A DNA stretch of 64,000 nt from Octopus sinensis (GCF_006345805.1 NC_043002.1:102424001-102488000), one strand, 5' to 3'; counted from the stretch's first letter, positions 1 to 12,767 are shown. The notes: generated by a model not told the origin, from the sequence alone. Program-made: numbers and translations.

Positions 1-225
1 AATCATGAAGAAAGAGAGAGAAAAACAAATATGAATTCCTTAAGAATCGAAATAGAAAGAATTTGGAGCAGGCAAATAGTAAAAGTCGTGCCTATAGTAA
101 TTGGTGCGTTGGGAACAGTAAGCCAAAATATAGAGAAATGTTTGAAGGAGACTGAAATATAATGCTCAGTAGAAATGCTAGAGAAAGTTTGTCTCTTACG
201 GACAACAAGAATTATCAATCTCTCT
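1..225 (+). mobile_element. R4/Dong-like non-LTR retrotransposon, C-terminal restriction-like endonuclease (RLE) fragment
   Basis: Manual translation LRIEIERIWSRQIVKVVPIVIGALGTV...MLEKVCLLRTTRII fits the RLE-clade C-terminus pattern (PIVIGALGT...LQK..LLGTARI); one in-frame stop. Confidence 0.75.
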
Positions 226-1075
226 GTCAAGAAAGGAAATTTGGCAGAGGTCTCCAGAACGCTGAACACATTGTCAACACTGCAATGGCGGTTTTGAAAA
301 ATTATGTTGTGAAAAAAGAATACTTCCGTCTGGCAGAGATTCCCCAAAAGGAAGATCCACAGAATAAACAAATGGAGCGAGATCGCTGGTTCTGGGTGAT
401 GGACGCAAAGTTGAAAGTATAGACAGATACGATAACCATAGACACTCAATCACAGGCCCTTACAACAAACCTGAATAAGGTATAGATCGACAAAACTTAG
501 ACAACAAATATTGAATCCGCAGTAAAGGAAACAAGAGTCTCAATCTCGTTTTCTGTGAGTGTAGTAGCTTAAAAGAAATACAAGTACAGACATAAGTGTG
601 CAGGAAGAAAATTTCATTGGAATTTTAGACGAGATTATGGCTTTAAAGCAACAGAAAAATATTATGAAGACAAATCAGAGGCTGGGAGAGAAACTCAGAA
701 TTACAAGATCTCGCGGCACTTCACCATAAAGACTGACAATACTATCAAAGCAAGAAGACCAGTCAATATTGTAGAGGAATTGAACACAGGGCATACTCAT
801 AGATTTTGCCTCTTCGATAACACACTTCATACCAAATGAATTGCAAACAACTGAGAAATATCAGAAATAAGCTAGAGAACTAGGAACTGTGGAAGACTAA
901 GTCAACAATTATTCCTCTGGTAATTGTTGCACTTGGCACAACACACAAAATACTATATAAAAGAGTGAAAGCGACTGGAATTGAAATTCACATTACAGAA
1001 AAGTACCATCCTATATTCTGCAAGAATCCTTAAGAAGGCTCTTGTGATGTAAAGAGACTTGTTGTCAACAAACCT
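226..1075 (+). mobile_element. Second degenerate R4/Dong-like LINE fragment (RT thumb to RLE end)
   Basis: Frameshifted pieces RKFGRGLQNAE (cf. GGRGL), HFTIKTDNTIKARRPVNIV (cf. WDFTIQTD..I.ARRPDIV), IIPLVIVALGT, SARILKKAL. Confidence 0.7.
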
Positions 1076-1090
1076 GAAGATAATATACCT

Positions 1091-1320
1091 ATTTCTTTAC
1101 TACCCACAAAGGGGCTAAACACAGAGGAGACAAACAAGGACAGACAAACGGATTAAGTCGATTACATCGACCCCAGTGCGTAACTGGTACTTAATTTATC
1201 GACCCCGAAAGGATGAAAGGTAAAGTCGACCTTGGCGGATTTGAACTCAGAACGTAACGGCAGACGAAATACGGCTACGCATTTCGCCCGGGGTGCTAAC
1301 GCTTCTGCCAGCTTGCCGCC
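1091..1320 (-). mobile_element. tRNA-derived SINE with Meta/MESC-like central domain
   Basis: A/B-box head (TGGCAGAAGCGTTAG; GAGTTCAAATCC) plus CCTTTCATCCTTTCGGGGTCGATAAATTAAGTACCAGT. Flanked by a 10-bp TSD TAATATACCT (1081-1090, 1321-1330). Same family recurs at 34163, 46177, 51993 and 62666. Domain name from recollection. Confidence 0.85.
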
Positions 1321-3239
1321 TAATATACCTGCTAACTGAAGATAATATACCTGCTAACTAATGGCGATGATGATGAGGAGGAGGGTGGAGAGGGGAGGAA
1401 GAGAATGACGATGATGAGTATGCTAATAATGTTTGCTTGCGTTGGCAGTGATCATATGTAAAAACAAGGCTACATGAATCTGTGAGTTTATAATAATTTC
1501 CTAGAAATGTGCAAGGCCAGAAGTTGGTGTAGGCACCCCTGATTGTATTAATCCCAATATATGATTGGTACATTGCTTTACATTGAAAGGGATAAAGGCA
1601 AATCAAAACCGATGCGATGAGAATTAAGAATGCTAAGTTCGCAAAGAAAACAGCGCAGTGATTACGTTACATAGTGTTACCTCATATTATAAGTTCATCA
1701 CTTGAGCATCATTAAAATATAAAGTGATTCAAGCATTATGATATTTCATATAATCGACTGAAGAATGAAAGAACAGTGACCCACAATTATTGTAGTATGA
1801 CAGATATCAGCGGGGGGGGGGGAAAGTATGTTGCAGTCTTTAATGTTTTGAGATCATATCCCGTAAGACATATTTCATCACAATGAACACCACTACATCT
1901 TTATCCTCTAACTCCTCCTTCTCATCAACATCATCATTCTTCTTCATTAGTATCAGAATGAGCCGTTCTGTCAATGGGTATAGTCACATGTCACTAAAAC
2001 GGATCGCTCACTTTCTCTGGCTTCTATCACATGATCCAGATCGTTTCTTTTAGTCCCTTATTTGTTCTCATGCTAGTTCTATCCTGTTCCTGGTGAATCA
2101 GTACAGTATATATCCTGATACATCTCCTACATCTTTCAGAACGTGTCTAAGCTCATTTGATTCACCAATATGTTGCTGCACGTTAGAGTTCTTGACTTTA
2201 TTCAGGAATATATTACCTACCATATCAAAAGATATGTAGAGTTTATAGAACGACTATATACTTGAGTCGATTCTCTTAACATTATCTGTCCCTAATACAA
2301 AACTAGTTGTGAGATAATGTAGTAAATCAAACCATATGATTTAATGGTTATTGTTTGATATTTAATTTACCTTACTTAAATGCCAATCCTCAAATAATAT
2401 CTGTAATATGAAACTGTAACGCCATATTCTTTCTTTAGTTGCTGTTGTTATCTCTCCGACAGGCATTTTCCTGTGTTATTTTATTTCTAATGAGAAATGT
2501 CTACGCCACCTTCTCCATGCTTACTCAACCACCCATGTCAGCCACCAAAACTCTCCCAAATAACATTTTGCAGTCTTAAAGCAGAATTTTGATTATTTGA
2601 ATTCGAACTATATTATGGCGGATCTTGAACTTAATGTAACGCCGATTTTATGTTATCGAAATCACGGTTGAGTGTTATTTAAAGAACGTTTTGTTGCTAT
2701 TTCTAGCAGTTCGAGCGCCTACAAAGGAGATAATTTCTTGGCTCAACTTCCAGTTTATATTTATTCTTTTGTTGTTATCGATAAATATAACATGAAGAGA
2801 CATGGCGGAATCTAAAATAACTTTAAAATACCAACCCTGTCATTACCTGCACGGAAAGCATTCCAATGGACTTCCATTGAACAACGACCGACCATGCTTT
2901 TTTCTTTCTTAATTAAGCACCTATAATAGCGAACTCGGTCTCAATCTGCAGAATTTTCTGACAATACACACGAGGAAAATGCTATAGTGTCAACTTATCT
3001 CGCCGACCAATCCAATGAAATATCTTTTCTTCGTTCGTATTCATTAATGTTTACCGCAATTCAAGTCGCGTTCGCTTCCTGCGTTAATACTCTCCTGTCA
3101 CGTATATTTATTATGCGGCCTTTATTCGCCAAGAAGTATTCTATTCGCACAAACACGTTTAGCAATTTACACTTCTACAATCTTTCGCTATTGGAAACCA
3201 ATTAAAACCTAACATAACACTTTGCCATTTCCATCGTTC

Positions 3240-3700
3240 TCTAAGCACGTGTGTGAATGTCTGTTTTGTATTCTTCAGTGTATACGATCTTACACGCACG
3301 CGCACACATGTAAGAATCTGTATAATCACACAATTGCAACTATATATATATAAAGATATATATATATATATGAGTGTGTGTGTGTGTGTACACACATATT
3401 TATTGCATACATAATATATACACATATGCATGTGTGTTTGTATGTGCATGTGTATGTGTGTTTATCATGTATGTATAATATGTATATTTGTGTGTGTATG
3501 TATACACACATTTATATACATACATAATATATACACATATGCATGTGCGTTTGTATGTGCATGTGTGTGTGTATTATGCATGTATAATATATATATATAT
3601 AAATATATATATATATATGTATGTATGTATGTATGTATCTATCTATCTATCTATCTAGCTATGTGTATGCACGCACACTAACATCTGTATGCTTCAATAT
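3240..3700. repeat. Compound (TA)n/(TG)n/(TATG)n/(TATC)n microsatellite
   Basis: Directly visible. Confidence 0.9.
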
Positions 3701-4765
3701 AGACATGTATACAAATTGCCTTGGCACATTCTCAGAATTCTTTTTCGCATAGATTGTAGCAACCGCGATCTCAGTAAGGAATGTTTTGTGAATATTAAAG
3801 TTCTCCACAGCATCGTAACTGTGAATAGGCCTTTGTTTGTGCTTATATAGATGATTATGTTAAAGATGGAATAGGATTCCTTTTTATCTGTCTTCTAAAG
3901 GTTAGCTTTCTTTTCACTCTCAATTCTATATGTTAGGTTTGCGAGGCTAGTAATATACAAGAATTGGAGGCAACAATAGACACTGATACCCTACACGTCA
4001 AATGTATGATGGACATTTTTTCTTAACCAGTTGTTCGTTCTAAAAGAAATAACGACTTATTTTATTACTATTATTATTTTTTTTTTATTCTTTACAGTAT
4101 TCTTTTGTGAAACTCTAATGTTTCTGCTGTTTAGATAGAAGTAAGCTAGGATCAAAGTTGTTCCATTCATTCACACCTATTGTATTTTTCATTGCATTAT
4201 TCGATGTGTTAATTTGCGTATTTTATTTGTTCATTTTTGTTCCTGTAAAGCTCCAGTTTAAGTCTTATCAAGCAAGGATCTTTAAAAGTGTTCAGAACAT
4301 TGGCACTCGACAATTATTGTGCCTAAGTATTTTTAGAGTTAAATTACTCTATGTGCCTTCTCTTGTTTTTGCTTAATTTATAGCCAGCCCAAACTGACTA
4401 GACCGCATTAATTAAAGCGTTATTAATGAATGTAGACCTGCATAACACAAAGTGTACCCAATATGTTTTTTAGACGGTAGAATATTATTTGAAGTCGATT
4501 TGGCTGTTATTTCTATTTGGATGTCCGACTATGTAATGAATTTTCCAGATCGATGGAAGTTCTGTAGAGACGCAAAACTACTCTTAATACGTGTTAATGT
4601 TTTTTCGAAAACAAGAATCAAAAGTTGTGATAATTTTTGTTTAACTTAAATATTCAGCAAAACAGGAAATCCTGAGAATTAGAGATGTTAGAACACTAGG
4701 ATTCAAGGCTTATATATCTACATTTTTTTTACAATTGACGGATATCTGTCCTCATATTTTTTGTT

Positions 4766-4816
4766 GTTAACACAACCTTTCAGCTGATATACCCTCCAAA
4801 CTTCATCCGGTGTCTT
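4766..4816 (-). ncRNA. Degenerate type I hammerhead-like motif
   Basis: GACAC-CGGATGA-AG TTTG...CAGCT-GAAA-GGTT-GTGTT. Stem I GACAC/GTGTT pairs; core mutated. Confidence 0.4.
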
Positions 4817-4847
4817 GGGGAAATTTCGAACCTAGGTTCTCATTCGA

Positions 4848-4878
<31 letters not shown>

Positions 4879-4879
4879 C

Positions 4880-4951
4880 CGGCCACTGCCTGGAATCGAA
4901 GAAATCTTCGTGTTAGTAGTCCACGCTCTTAACCTCTATGCCATATGCCCG
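4880..4951 (-). other. tRNA-like (Ser-GCU-resembling) Pol III cassette inside the PLE 3' UTR; not a functional tRNA
   Basis: TGGCATAGAGG (A box), TGGACTACTAA (cf. tRNA-Ser TGGACTGCTAA), TTCGATTCC (B box); weak acceptor stem. Confidence 0.6.
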
Positions 4952-6239
4952 TGCGCAATTATGGAGTGAATGTTTAGAGCTTATAAATCTAATATTCTCC
5001 TACTCTTCCTTAATACTGGTTCCCATATGCTATTCATATCTGCACTAGGTCTGCTTAGGAGGTGGTTGTGTCCTAGCATATGTGCTGCTTCTTTTAGTTT
5101 TCGTATTTTCCAGTGGTGTTCTCTGTCTATTATTTTAACTTCATTCCACAGGGGGAGGTGGTCTCCATTTTTCCATACATGATCAGCTATATCCAATTTA
5201 TTAATATCTCCTCGTGTCATAGCTTTGTGATGTTTTTCTACCCTTATTGAGGACACATATCTGTCAAATATTTATAACGTCAATAATTCTTCATTTCTTA
5301 AATATAGAACTATATAAAATATCTGTTTATTATTCTGTGATTTAGTCTTGAGAACAGACATTTGATTTCATAAGTGCAAGCTATCACACGAAGCAAAATA
5401 TTCCAGGAATCAAACCACAGTGGATTGATAAATGCTCCAGCTAAATTCCAAAGCAAAACACATTCACTCCAGATATCTCTCCTGCAGAAGAGATTATTTC
5501 AAAATGTAAACTTTTTGTTGCCAGCTGCAAGTGAGAAAGCCAGTTATGTATATTGGTTTTGCCATGTACCTCTTTGCCTGTATACGGAATGAGACCTGCA
5601 TGACAGAATTTAAATGGTGCTATGATTCCAACACGGAAGACGTGAAACTGAATGCCAAAGGCTAAATACCACTCAATCTGTCTAGTGAGACCCCACGTCA
5701 ATGAATGGGGCCGCCACGAATCACTGAATATTCTCTCACGATCACCTCTTAAATATACTGCATGACTTGCACAAGCAAGTAATTTACCAGCCTTTGTGTC
5801 GATAGCATTAAGATGAGCGATGGCAAGAATATTGAGATTTGATAGCCAGTTGATCTTACAAGCGGGGTGTGGGGCCAGTGCGCAATGAGGTCATCGAGGG
5901 GCAGGCCCTGAAACGGCGCGCATTCTCTCCTGATGACTGCATACACTTCTTGGCTTCCGGTATGCAGAGCATTGTTCTGGTTGCACGTTCAAGTTGCTTG
6001 CAAAACATCTTTATCATGTAACAGGTGGCCATATACACATCTCAGAAGCAATTATTCGATCCTTTTCTGGTTCTTCTGTTTGATGGCATAACATATGCCA
6101 ATGAAAAAGAAGTTCAATGCCACTAAAATTGACCTCATATTCACAGAACAATTATTTATAAGAAGTGTTATAGAACAAAACATAAGCGAGTGTGATATTC
6201 TGTGCATGCATATCTAACTGTCTCTGTCTCTCTGACTGT

Positions 6240-6283
<44 letters not shown>

Positions 6284-6599
6284 GTATATATATGTGTGTG
6301 TGTGCATGTATGTATATATATATATATATACATGTGTTGATGTGTCTGAGTTGCATCATGTATGTGTTTGTGTACAACAAAGAGATGAATTAGGTACGAA
6401 GAGATTGTATAAGATTGCCATAAATGGCACTGTGGGTTGAAATGATTGTATATTATTGACAGTTGTTTGATAGTTTTTAGAAAACCAATAGATCATATAT
6501 TTGAAACAGGATGTAGGCTATAACTTACGAGTCATAAGAAATAAAATAACGAGAATTTCCTGTACATTGTCAGTTTTGAATTCGTTGTTCAGGAGATGA

Positions 6600-7060
6600 C
6601 TATAAGATATATTAATAGCACCATTTGTTGGAAAGCAAAAACAAAGGAGGAAGATCAAAAAAGCGTAATAACACGAAACAAGGTAAAATACAATCAAATG
6701 TTGTAGAGTACAGGGAGTAATAAGGAGGGACAGAGAAGGACAAATTCAAATGGAGAATCTAGATATAGGGCCTCCCCGCCAGAATCAGGCTAAGGCATAA
6801 TTCTAACACAAGCATCACGCCGGAAACATGCTGCCCAAACCAAAGCTCAAATCACGCAACCCAAAAGACAGACAACTCCAGTGTTTTAAATGCAACGTGG
6901 TGTACCGAATGATATGCGAATGAGGAGCGACATACGTAGAATCGACCAAGATTTACATTCACCTAAGGGTAAAGGAACATTTCCATAAGGTCATACTATC
7001 TAGCCTCGGATTCCCACACCATCGACATTGTGATGGAGACCTCGGCTACCCGGATAATTC
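6600..7060 (+). mobile_element. PLE GIY-YIG endonuclease relic
   Basis: 6879-6983 translates QCFKCNVVYRMICE*GATYVESTKIYIHLRVKEHF (VVY...C..CG..YVG.T...R.KEH). Boundaries approximate. Confidence 0.55.
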
Positions 7061-7299
7061 ACATATATCCCTTTATCCTTTTATATACGATATATATATA
7101 TATATATGAATGGGTGTTTGTGTGTACATCCTCACGCACTCCCACAAGCACACACACACACATAATAATGAATACGGAATGAACAAAATGTAATTCAATT
7201 CGCAGCCGTTGTTTCTGTGCATTCGTAACAGCTGGAGTTGCTGAAACTTCCACATATTATTCATACTACCACATATTTTCATTTTATTTGCAGCCAGTC

Positions 7300-8150
7300 G
7301 CCGCCACGTTAACTGTTCACGGCTTCGCATGATTGATAAGCTGTCTCCACACTACTCGGCTTTCCTCTTGACTTTTCCATTTATTTTGATCAATTTCTTT
7401 CCATTTCAGATTCCTTTTTGCAGCATCTTTGAATAATTGTATAGGCATTTCATGTTTTGTTTCCCATTTTTGAGAGTAAAGGATTTGTCTCGGAAGCCTG
7501 TTGTTGTCCATGCCGTGTATGTATCCCAACCAACGAAAATTGTTATCATTGAGGGTTTCCTGGATAAGAAGCAGACCAGCACATTTCAGGATATCCCCAT
7601 TCGTGATTTTGTCAGAGAGAATGTTAGACATAATTCGTCGCAACTGTCTCATCATACATGCATGTAAATTGTCTTCTTCAGCTGTATAGACTCCAGGTTT
7701 TGGCTCCGTAAAGCAGGGCAGAAAAGCACTATAGCCTTGTATACATTACATTTTACTCGTATAACAAAATGCCTGTTTTTCCTGAATTTCTCCCGTAGTC
7801 TGCCAAATGAAGCACTCACTCTGCTCTTTGTGTATTTAAATTCCTGGTTCAGTCATGCATTATCTGAAATGTTGATGCATAGGTATTTGAATACTTTACA
7901 CTGCACCAACACTTCATCTCTAATCGGGATGTTTCATTCTCTTAGAGTTGCCGGTAAGTTTGCCACAGTTTGGTACAGGTATTCGTTTTTTTTTTAATGT
8001 TAAACTTAGAGATTCTATGATGTGCAGCTCTGGCAACTGCCAGCACACTGTCATCAGGGAACAACATCACTCGCACTAGGATCTTCGTATTACATTTCTT
8101 AGATTTATTCTGTACAACATTGAACAGATCAGCATTGTCGTACTATCCAA
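7300..8150 (-). mobile_element. RTE-clade LINE 3' fragment (RT core to C-terminus)
   Basis: MLFPDDSVL (YADD-equivalent), upstream of ORF 7317-7655 MRQLRRIM...DKITNGDIL...RWLGYIHGMDNNRLPRQILY...KDAAKRNLK...RVVWR. Confidence 0.85.
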
Positions 8151-8494
8151 ACTACTCGCCTATGGCGTACAAATACAAAGATCTTGTTGGATCATATTTA
8201 TATTGTATTTATATAGTAATATGTATAATATATAAAACACGGACAAACTAACAGTTGTTACTAAATCTACCCTTTATTTGAGAATGGAATTATAGCGTTT
8301 TCATTCCGTCTCCTTGTGTTATAATTTTATTGGTTGAATTCTGCATACGTTAACAGATTTCGACCCAGTAAAAAGAGCATTCTTGCTGTATGAGAGCATA
8401 TGGTAGCCGATGAACGTATATGAGCTTTGAAATAAATATTATAAGTTTATTATGCAAATGACATTGTGTGTGTGTGAAATGTATACACGCGTGT

Positions 8495-9385
8495 GTGCGA
8501 GGGTTGGCTGAATGTTCCTAGTCTGAGAAAGGCATTCAAATGGAATGTGACCAAATGAGGTTAATTTTTCGACATAGTCAGCCTTGCGATCCAAAGAGTT
8601 CTACCTTCGGTGTTGCAGTGCTTGGATACCTTTGGTGAAGAAACTTTGGTATCGTTGGTCAAAAGACTTCATCCCTGTCATATTGAGGAACAGATGATAG
8701 TCAGATAGGACCAAATCAGGCAACAGGGCAAGTGATCAACCAATTGAATTCCACAGTCTCGCACAGATTCCATTGAAACCACCAAGGACGTGCGTGCTAG
8801 AGCATTGTCCAGATGAAACAAAACATCTTTCGTCAGTTTTCCTGGACGTTTGGTCTTGATAGCCTTTCGTAAATGCCTCAGCTATCAATAAACACAGCAC
8901 TTTTTTTGCATCTGAGACAATTGAGTCCATGATCGTCCCTGCAGATGAAACCACCTTAGCCTCTTCCGAGCAGGTGAGGAGGGTTCTTTCCACTGCATGG
9001 ATGATACCTTTCTCTGTGGCTCAACGTTATGAACCCAACATTCACCCTGGGCTAGGAGGCGTCCGAAGAAACCGGCTGTATCCACTCAAACCATAACTGA
9101 TTTTTTTCCAAGGTTCGCAGTTGATCATGTGTCAGAAGACACCCAGCCAGCAGAAACCTTCGTAATGCCAAGTTCATTCGGAATATTCTCAACTCTCTCG
9201 CGGAATGTGCTAATAACTTTGGCTATTTTATTTATAATCCTTCGACGGTCACCCATCATCATGTGGTAAAGGCGATCAAGGATTTCCCCTCTGGTGACAG
9301 TTGTAAGACATCCAAACTTTCATCATAAAATTAATCTTGTTTCCCTCCTAAATTCAGATGTCCACTTTTGCGTCAACCCCTCATA
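8495..9385 (-). mobile_element. Degenerate mariner (DD34D) transposon
   Basis: DNALART (cf. DNARPH), PDLVLSDYHLF (cf. SPDLAPSDYHLF), ECWVHNVEP; imperfect TIR-like ends CGAGGGTTGGCTGAA / TTTTGCGTCAACCCCTCATA. Confidence 0.85.
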
Positions 9386-9630
9386 AGGCAAACGTGTCAA
9401 AATGAATGTCGTTGAGGGCTACACACATTTTCTGCAGGTAACATCACGAGGACAAATTTGTCCATTTTCAAGAGGAATCGCTACTAGTTAAATTTGAAGT
9501 CAGATGTCAGTTTATCTGGAAAGAAATGCAGTTATTGTTGCATTTGGGGAGGGCCATGTTACCGGTTTAGCCAACGAAAACACACGCACTATATATTTGC
9601 TTCAGTTTTATTTTATATTAATTGTATTTT

Positions 9631-9675
9631 GGCCAGAGTTCTTTCCACACACTTCTGTGACCTCATCAGAAGTCC
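9631..9675 (-). ncRNA. Degenerate sister hammerhead in the other pLTR copy
   Basis: GGACTT CTGATGA G GTCACA GAAG TGTGTG GAAA GAAC TC TGGCC. Confidence 0.55.
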
Positions 9676-10003
9676 TTAGGTTTCTTCTTTTTTTGTGCCT
9701 CTTTCCTAATGATCTGTCATTTTGTATTCCTGTTTTTTGTGTTTTTATTTGCGCATGCATATACTCCTGTGGGTGTCTATGTTTACTAAGTGTTTGTGAG
9801 GAGGGTATGGTACCTGCGTTATCAGTATCTCCTCTTTATTTTTAGTTCTTTAATTTACTTTTATATATTTTATTCATTTGTTTTATCTACATTTTTTTTC
9901 TTTTTGTTTTAATATAATCTATTCTGTTTATAAATATAATTATCTAAATCTATTTATTTCTCTGTGTCTTGTATTAATTTCTTATTATCAGTTTATGGGG
10001 ATC

Positions 10004-10459
10004 TTATTCTGTCATAGGTTGTGGTGTGTGTGGTGGGGTGCTACTGTTCCGTTGTAGTTTTCTATTTAGGCTAGGTTTATCTTCAATTATGTGCGTACCT
10101 TCCGTAATTTGTCTAAATGCGCTCTTCTCTTCCTTAAGTTCCCTCCAACGCTTATTTAGCCGCTCTCCTATGCTCTGTGCTGTCTCCCCTATGTACGACG
10201 TTGCCTTGTTTCTACACTGTCCCTCTGTACATCTTATACTATAGGTTACATTCCTAGCTTTACAGTTTGTAAATCTAAATTTACATACAATGCAGTTTCT
10301 ATAAGTACAGAGAGTTCTACTAAAAGTGTAGATTCCACTGATTAGGTATTTGATAAGGTTTTCTGGCCTTTCTACAACCGAAATTCTTAGCTTAAGCTTG
10401 TCTAGGGTCCTTCTAAAATGGTGCGCCAGTTCACCTCTAGGGGTGGTGTCAACTAACAT
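10004..10459 (-). pseudogene. PLE Cys-linker plus GIY-YIG endonuclease fragment
   Basis: CTYRNCIVC...CKARNVTYSIRC...C...SYIGETAQSIGERL; degenerates at the C-terminus. Confidence 0.85.
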
Positions 10460-10742
10460 GAGACTCTGGTATTTGTGGCTATCATACCATGAGTTGGCCT
10501 TCCCTATTTTCTTCTTAGTCCTTTCAATTGTGTTTCATGTCTTGTTCCTATAGAGTGGGCAAATTCCATACCTATCGTTACGTATGATAGTTTCAAATTT
10601 CCTCGTACCTCCTTTATATACTCTGATCCTGTCTCTAAGGATCCTGAGAACTGCATGCAGTGAACGAAGACACATACGACAGGAATACAAGATGGCAGAT
10701 CGTTAGAAAGGGGAGACACAAAAAAGGAAGAAGAAAGCAAAG

Positions 10743-10786
10743 GGCCACTGAGGAAGTCACAGACGTGTGACGAAACAACTCTGGCC
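10743..10786 (+). ncRNA. Minimal type I hammerhead ribozyme
   Basis: GGCCA CTGAGGA A GTCACA-GACG-TGTGAC GAAA CAAC TC^TGGCC. Stems I and II pair perfectly; predicted cut after C10781. Confidence 0.8.
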
Positions 10787-11212
10787 GAAATACGATTAAT
10801 ATAAAATAAATCTGAAGCAAGTGAACACCAAATATATATATTTGGTGTTCACTTGGTGTTTAGCCTGTGTTTTCATTGGCTAAACTGGCAACATGTAACC
10901 CCCTCTACACTATTGTTGAAGTATAATGAAGAAGGAAAGGAATAGAATTTTATTGTGGCCCAATTCGAACAATGTATGTTTAGATAGAAAACTAGTAATA
11001 TACACCGAATTTTATTGTGTAAAACATTTTAACAGCCAACAGTTTAAGATGCTGTTAAAATGATCTGTAGCAAACATAAACAGGGATCCATCCACATCGT
11101 GGTTCACCTAACGTAGTTTATTATTTAAGAAGACATTGACTCCTCTCTGTTTTTTTTTTCAATTATAGCAAAATCAATATATACAAATTATAAAATCATA
11201 AATTAAAATATA

Positions 11213-11300
11213 CAGTACCGTACTGTTTCTAATTCACGGATTTTCCCCTATCGCGGAATATTTTGGGAACGTAAAACCCACTACGGTCTATGGATTACTG
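11213..11300. mobile_element. Possible Tigger/pogo-type MITE end
   Basis: TTCACGGATTTTCCCCTATCGCGG...GGGAACGTAA resembles Tigger-derived MITE subtermini; degenerate. Confidence 0.3.
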
Positions 11301-12004
11301 TGGTGTAATGAACGTTATGCAGATTGTTGTTATATAACCTAATAAATTGTGCGTGAATAAATTGCTACGCTATCGAAACCAGCATTGAAGTAAACCGTCC
11401 GTTTATCCACACACCCACACATTAATGCATAGCTTTGAATCTTTAAAGTGTGTCAGCTTTAACCTATTGTCTCCAATGAGTCCCATTTGGAGATCTGCTA
11501 AAACAGTCTCAGTGCCGGCTGTTCGTTGTATTCAAATTGAATTGCTTTTGTACATTGGATATGAAGAGGTATGTTTAATAATATTAAGTTAAAGTCTCTT
11601 GTTATTAGCTATGGTTAATTCTAGAGGACATTTTATGTCATAAATCGCAATTTTTGAACTGCAAAAATATTGACTGTCTTGATCTTTTAAACTTTTTGTT
11701 TGCATTTCCGGCGTGTATCATTCCTTGTTATTTCATACGCATTCGCATTTCATACTTTCAAGAAAACTAACATGCTTATTATTGCAGTTGATTAGGAAAG
11801 GTTAAATATGTTATTTTTTCAGCGATCCACATTTCGGACTTTTTCACATATGAAGAAAATTTAAATGCTATATATTATTTTAACTAAGACACTTGACAAA
11901 GCAAAAAAATAACACATAAATAAATAAAATAAATGAATAAAAAATGGCAGTTAATGAGTTAAATCTGTGGTCATGCTGGGGCACAACCATACATATGTTT
12001 TTTA

Positions 12005-12398
12005 TATATTCTTTTATTTATTTCAGACACTTCACTGCGGTCATGCTGGAGCACCACCTTCAGGTGAGCAAACCAACCTCAGGATTTATTCTTTGTAAGA
12101 CTAGTACTTATTCAATCGGTCACTTGTGATGAACCACTAAGTTTCGGAGAAGTAAATACATCAGCACAGGTTGTCAAACTATGCTGGGGGCATAAACACA
12201 CACACATAGAAATATATATATATTACATATATACGACAGGCTTCTTTCAGTTTCCGCCTAACAAATCCACTCATAGGGCTTTAATCGGGCCGAGGCTATA
12301 GTAGACGATACTTACCTAAGATGCCACACAGTGACGCGGAATCTGGAACAATGTGGTTGGTAAGCAAGCTACTTACCACACAGCCACTCTTGCGCCTA
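12005..12398 (-). mobile_element. Full-length CORE-type tRNA SINE
   Basis: tRNA head GGCTGTGTGGTAAGTAGC, CORE-like segment, internal (CA/TA) tract and long 3' tail; same family at 31585, 61700 and 26785. Confidence 0.85.
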
Positions 12399-12720
12399 TA
12401 TATATATATATATATATGTGTGTGTGGTGTATGTAAATTTGTGTGTGGTCACGCGTGCATGTGTGTGTGCGTGTGTGTGTGTGTGTGTGTGTAATTATGG
12501 AGTGATCTAAAGTAAAGATATACGCTTTTATTCATGCAAATTATTTTTAAATGTTTGCAAGTGCGTGTGTATATAATTTCTTAAGATTATGCATAAGGGT
12601 TGTTGGATTTACCTGGAATTTGTATTCTTCTTACATTTACCGGTATCTACTTGTTGTAAATTTGACTTTATTCCTTTATACTGACTGCTTATGTGATATC
12701 TGCCATGATATCCCATATTT

Positions 12721-12767
<47 letters not shown>

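Larger units (their letters stand above)
4700..5265 (-). mobile_element. Penelope/Poseidon-like PLE 3' end (GIY-YIG C-terminus plus pseudo-LTR)
   Basis: ORF 4981-5256: IADHVWKNGDH...WNEVKIIDREHHWKIRKLKEAAHM...LLSRPS...WEPVL, the typical Poseidon endonuclease tail. Followed by a tRNA-like segment, (AAT)n and an HHR-like motif. Confidence 0.8.
9548..10905 (-). mobile_element. Neptune-like PLE, 5'-truncated, with inverted pseudo-LTR
   Basis: Endonuclease ORF plus upstream thumb remnant (WYDSHKYQSLMLVDTTPRGELA). 9548-9770 is a diverged inverted copy of 10655-10905, and both copies carry HHR motifs. Confidence 0.85.

Noticed and set aside
4880-4951. Functional tRNA gene
   Set aside because: Poor acceptor and anticodon stems, mutated B box, embedded in a retroelement UTR.
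5340-6050. ~150-codon stop-free minus frame and a CHVPLC motif reminiscent of the piggyBac Cys-rich domain
   Set aside because: No start codon, no other transposase motifs or TTAA-TIR; not assignable.
11457-11806. TTAA-flanked piggyBac-like MITE
   Set aside because: Terminal complementarity is limited to about 7 bp.
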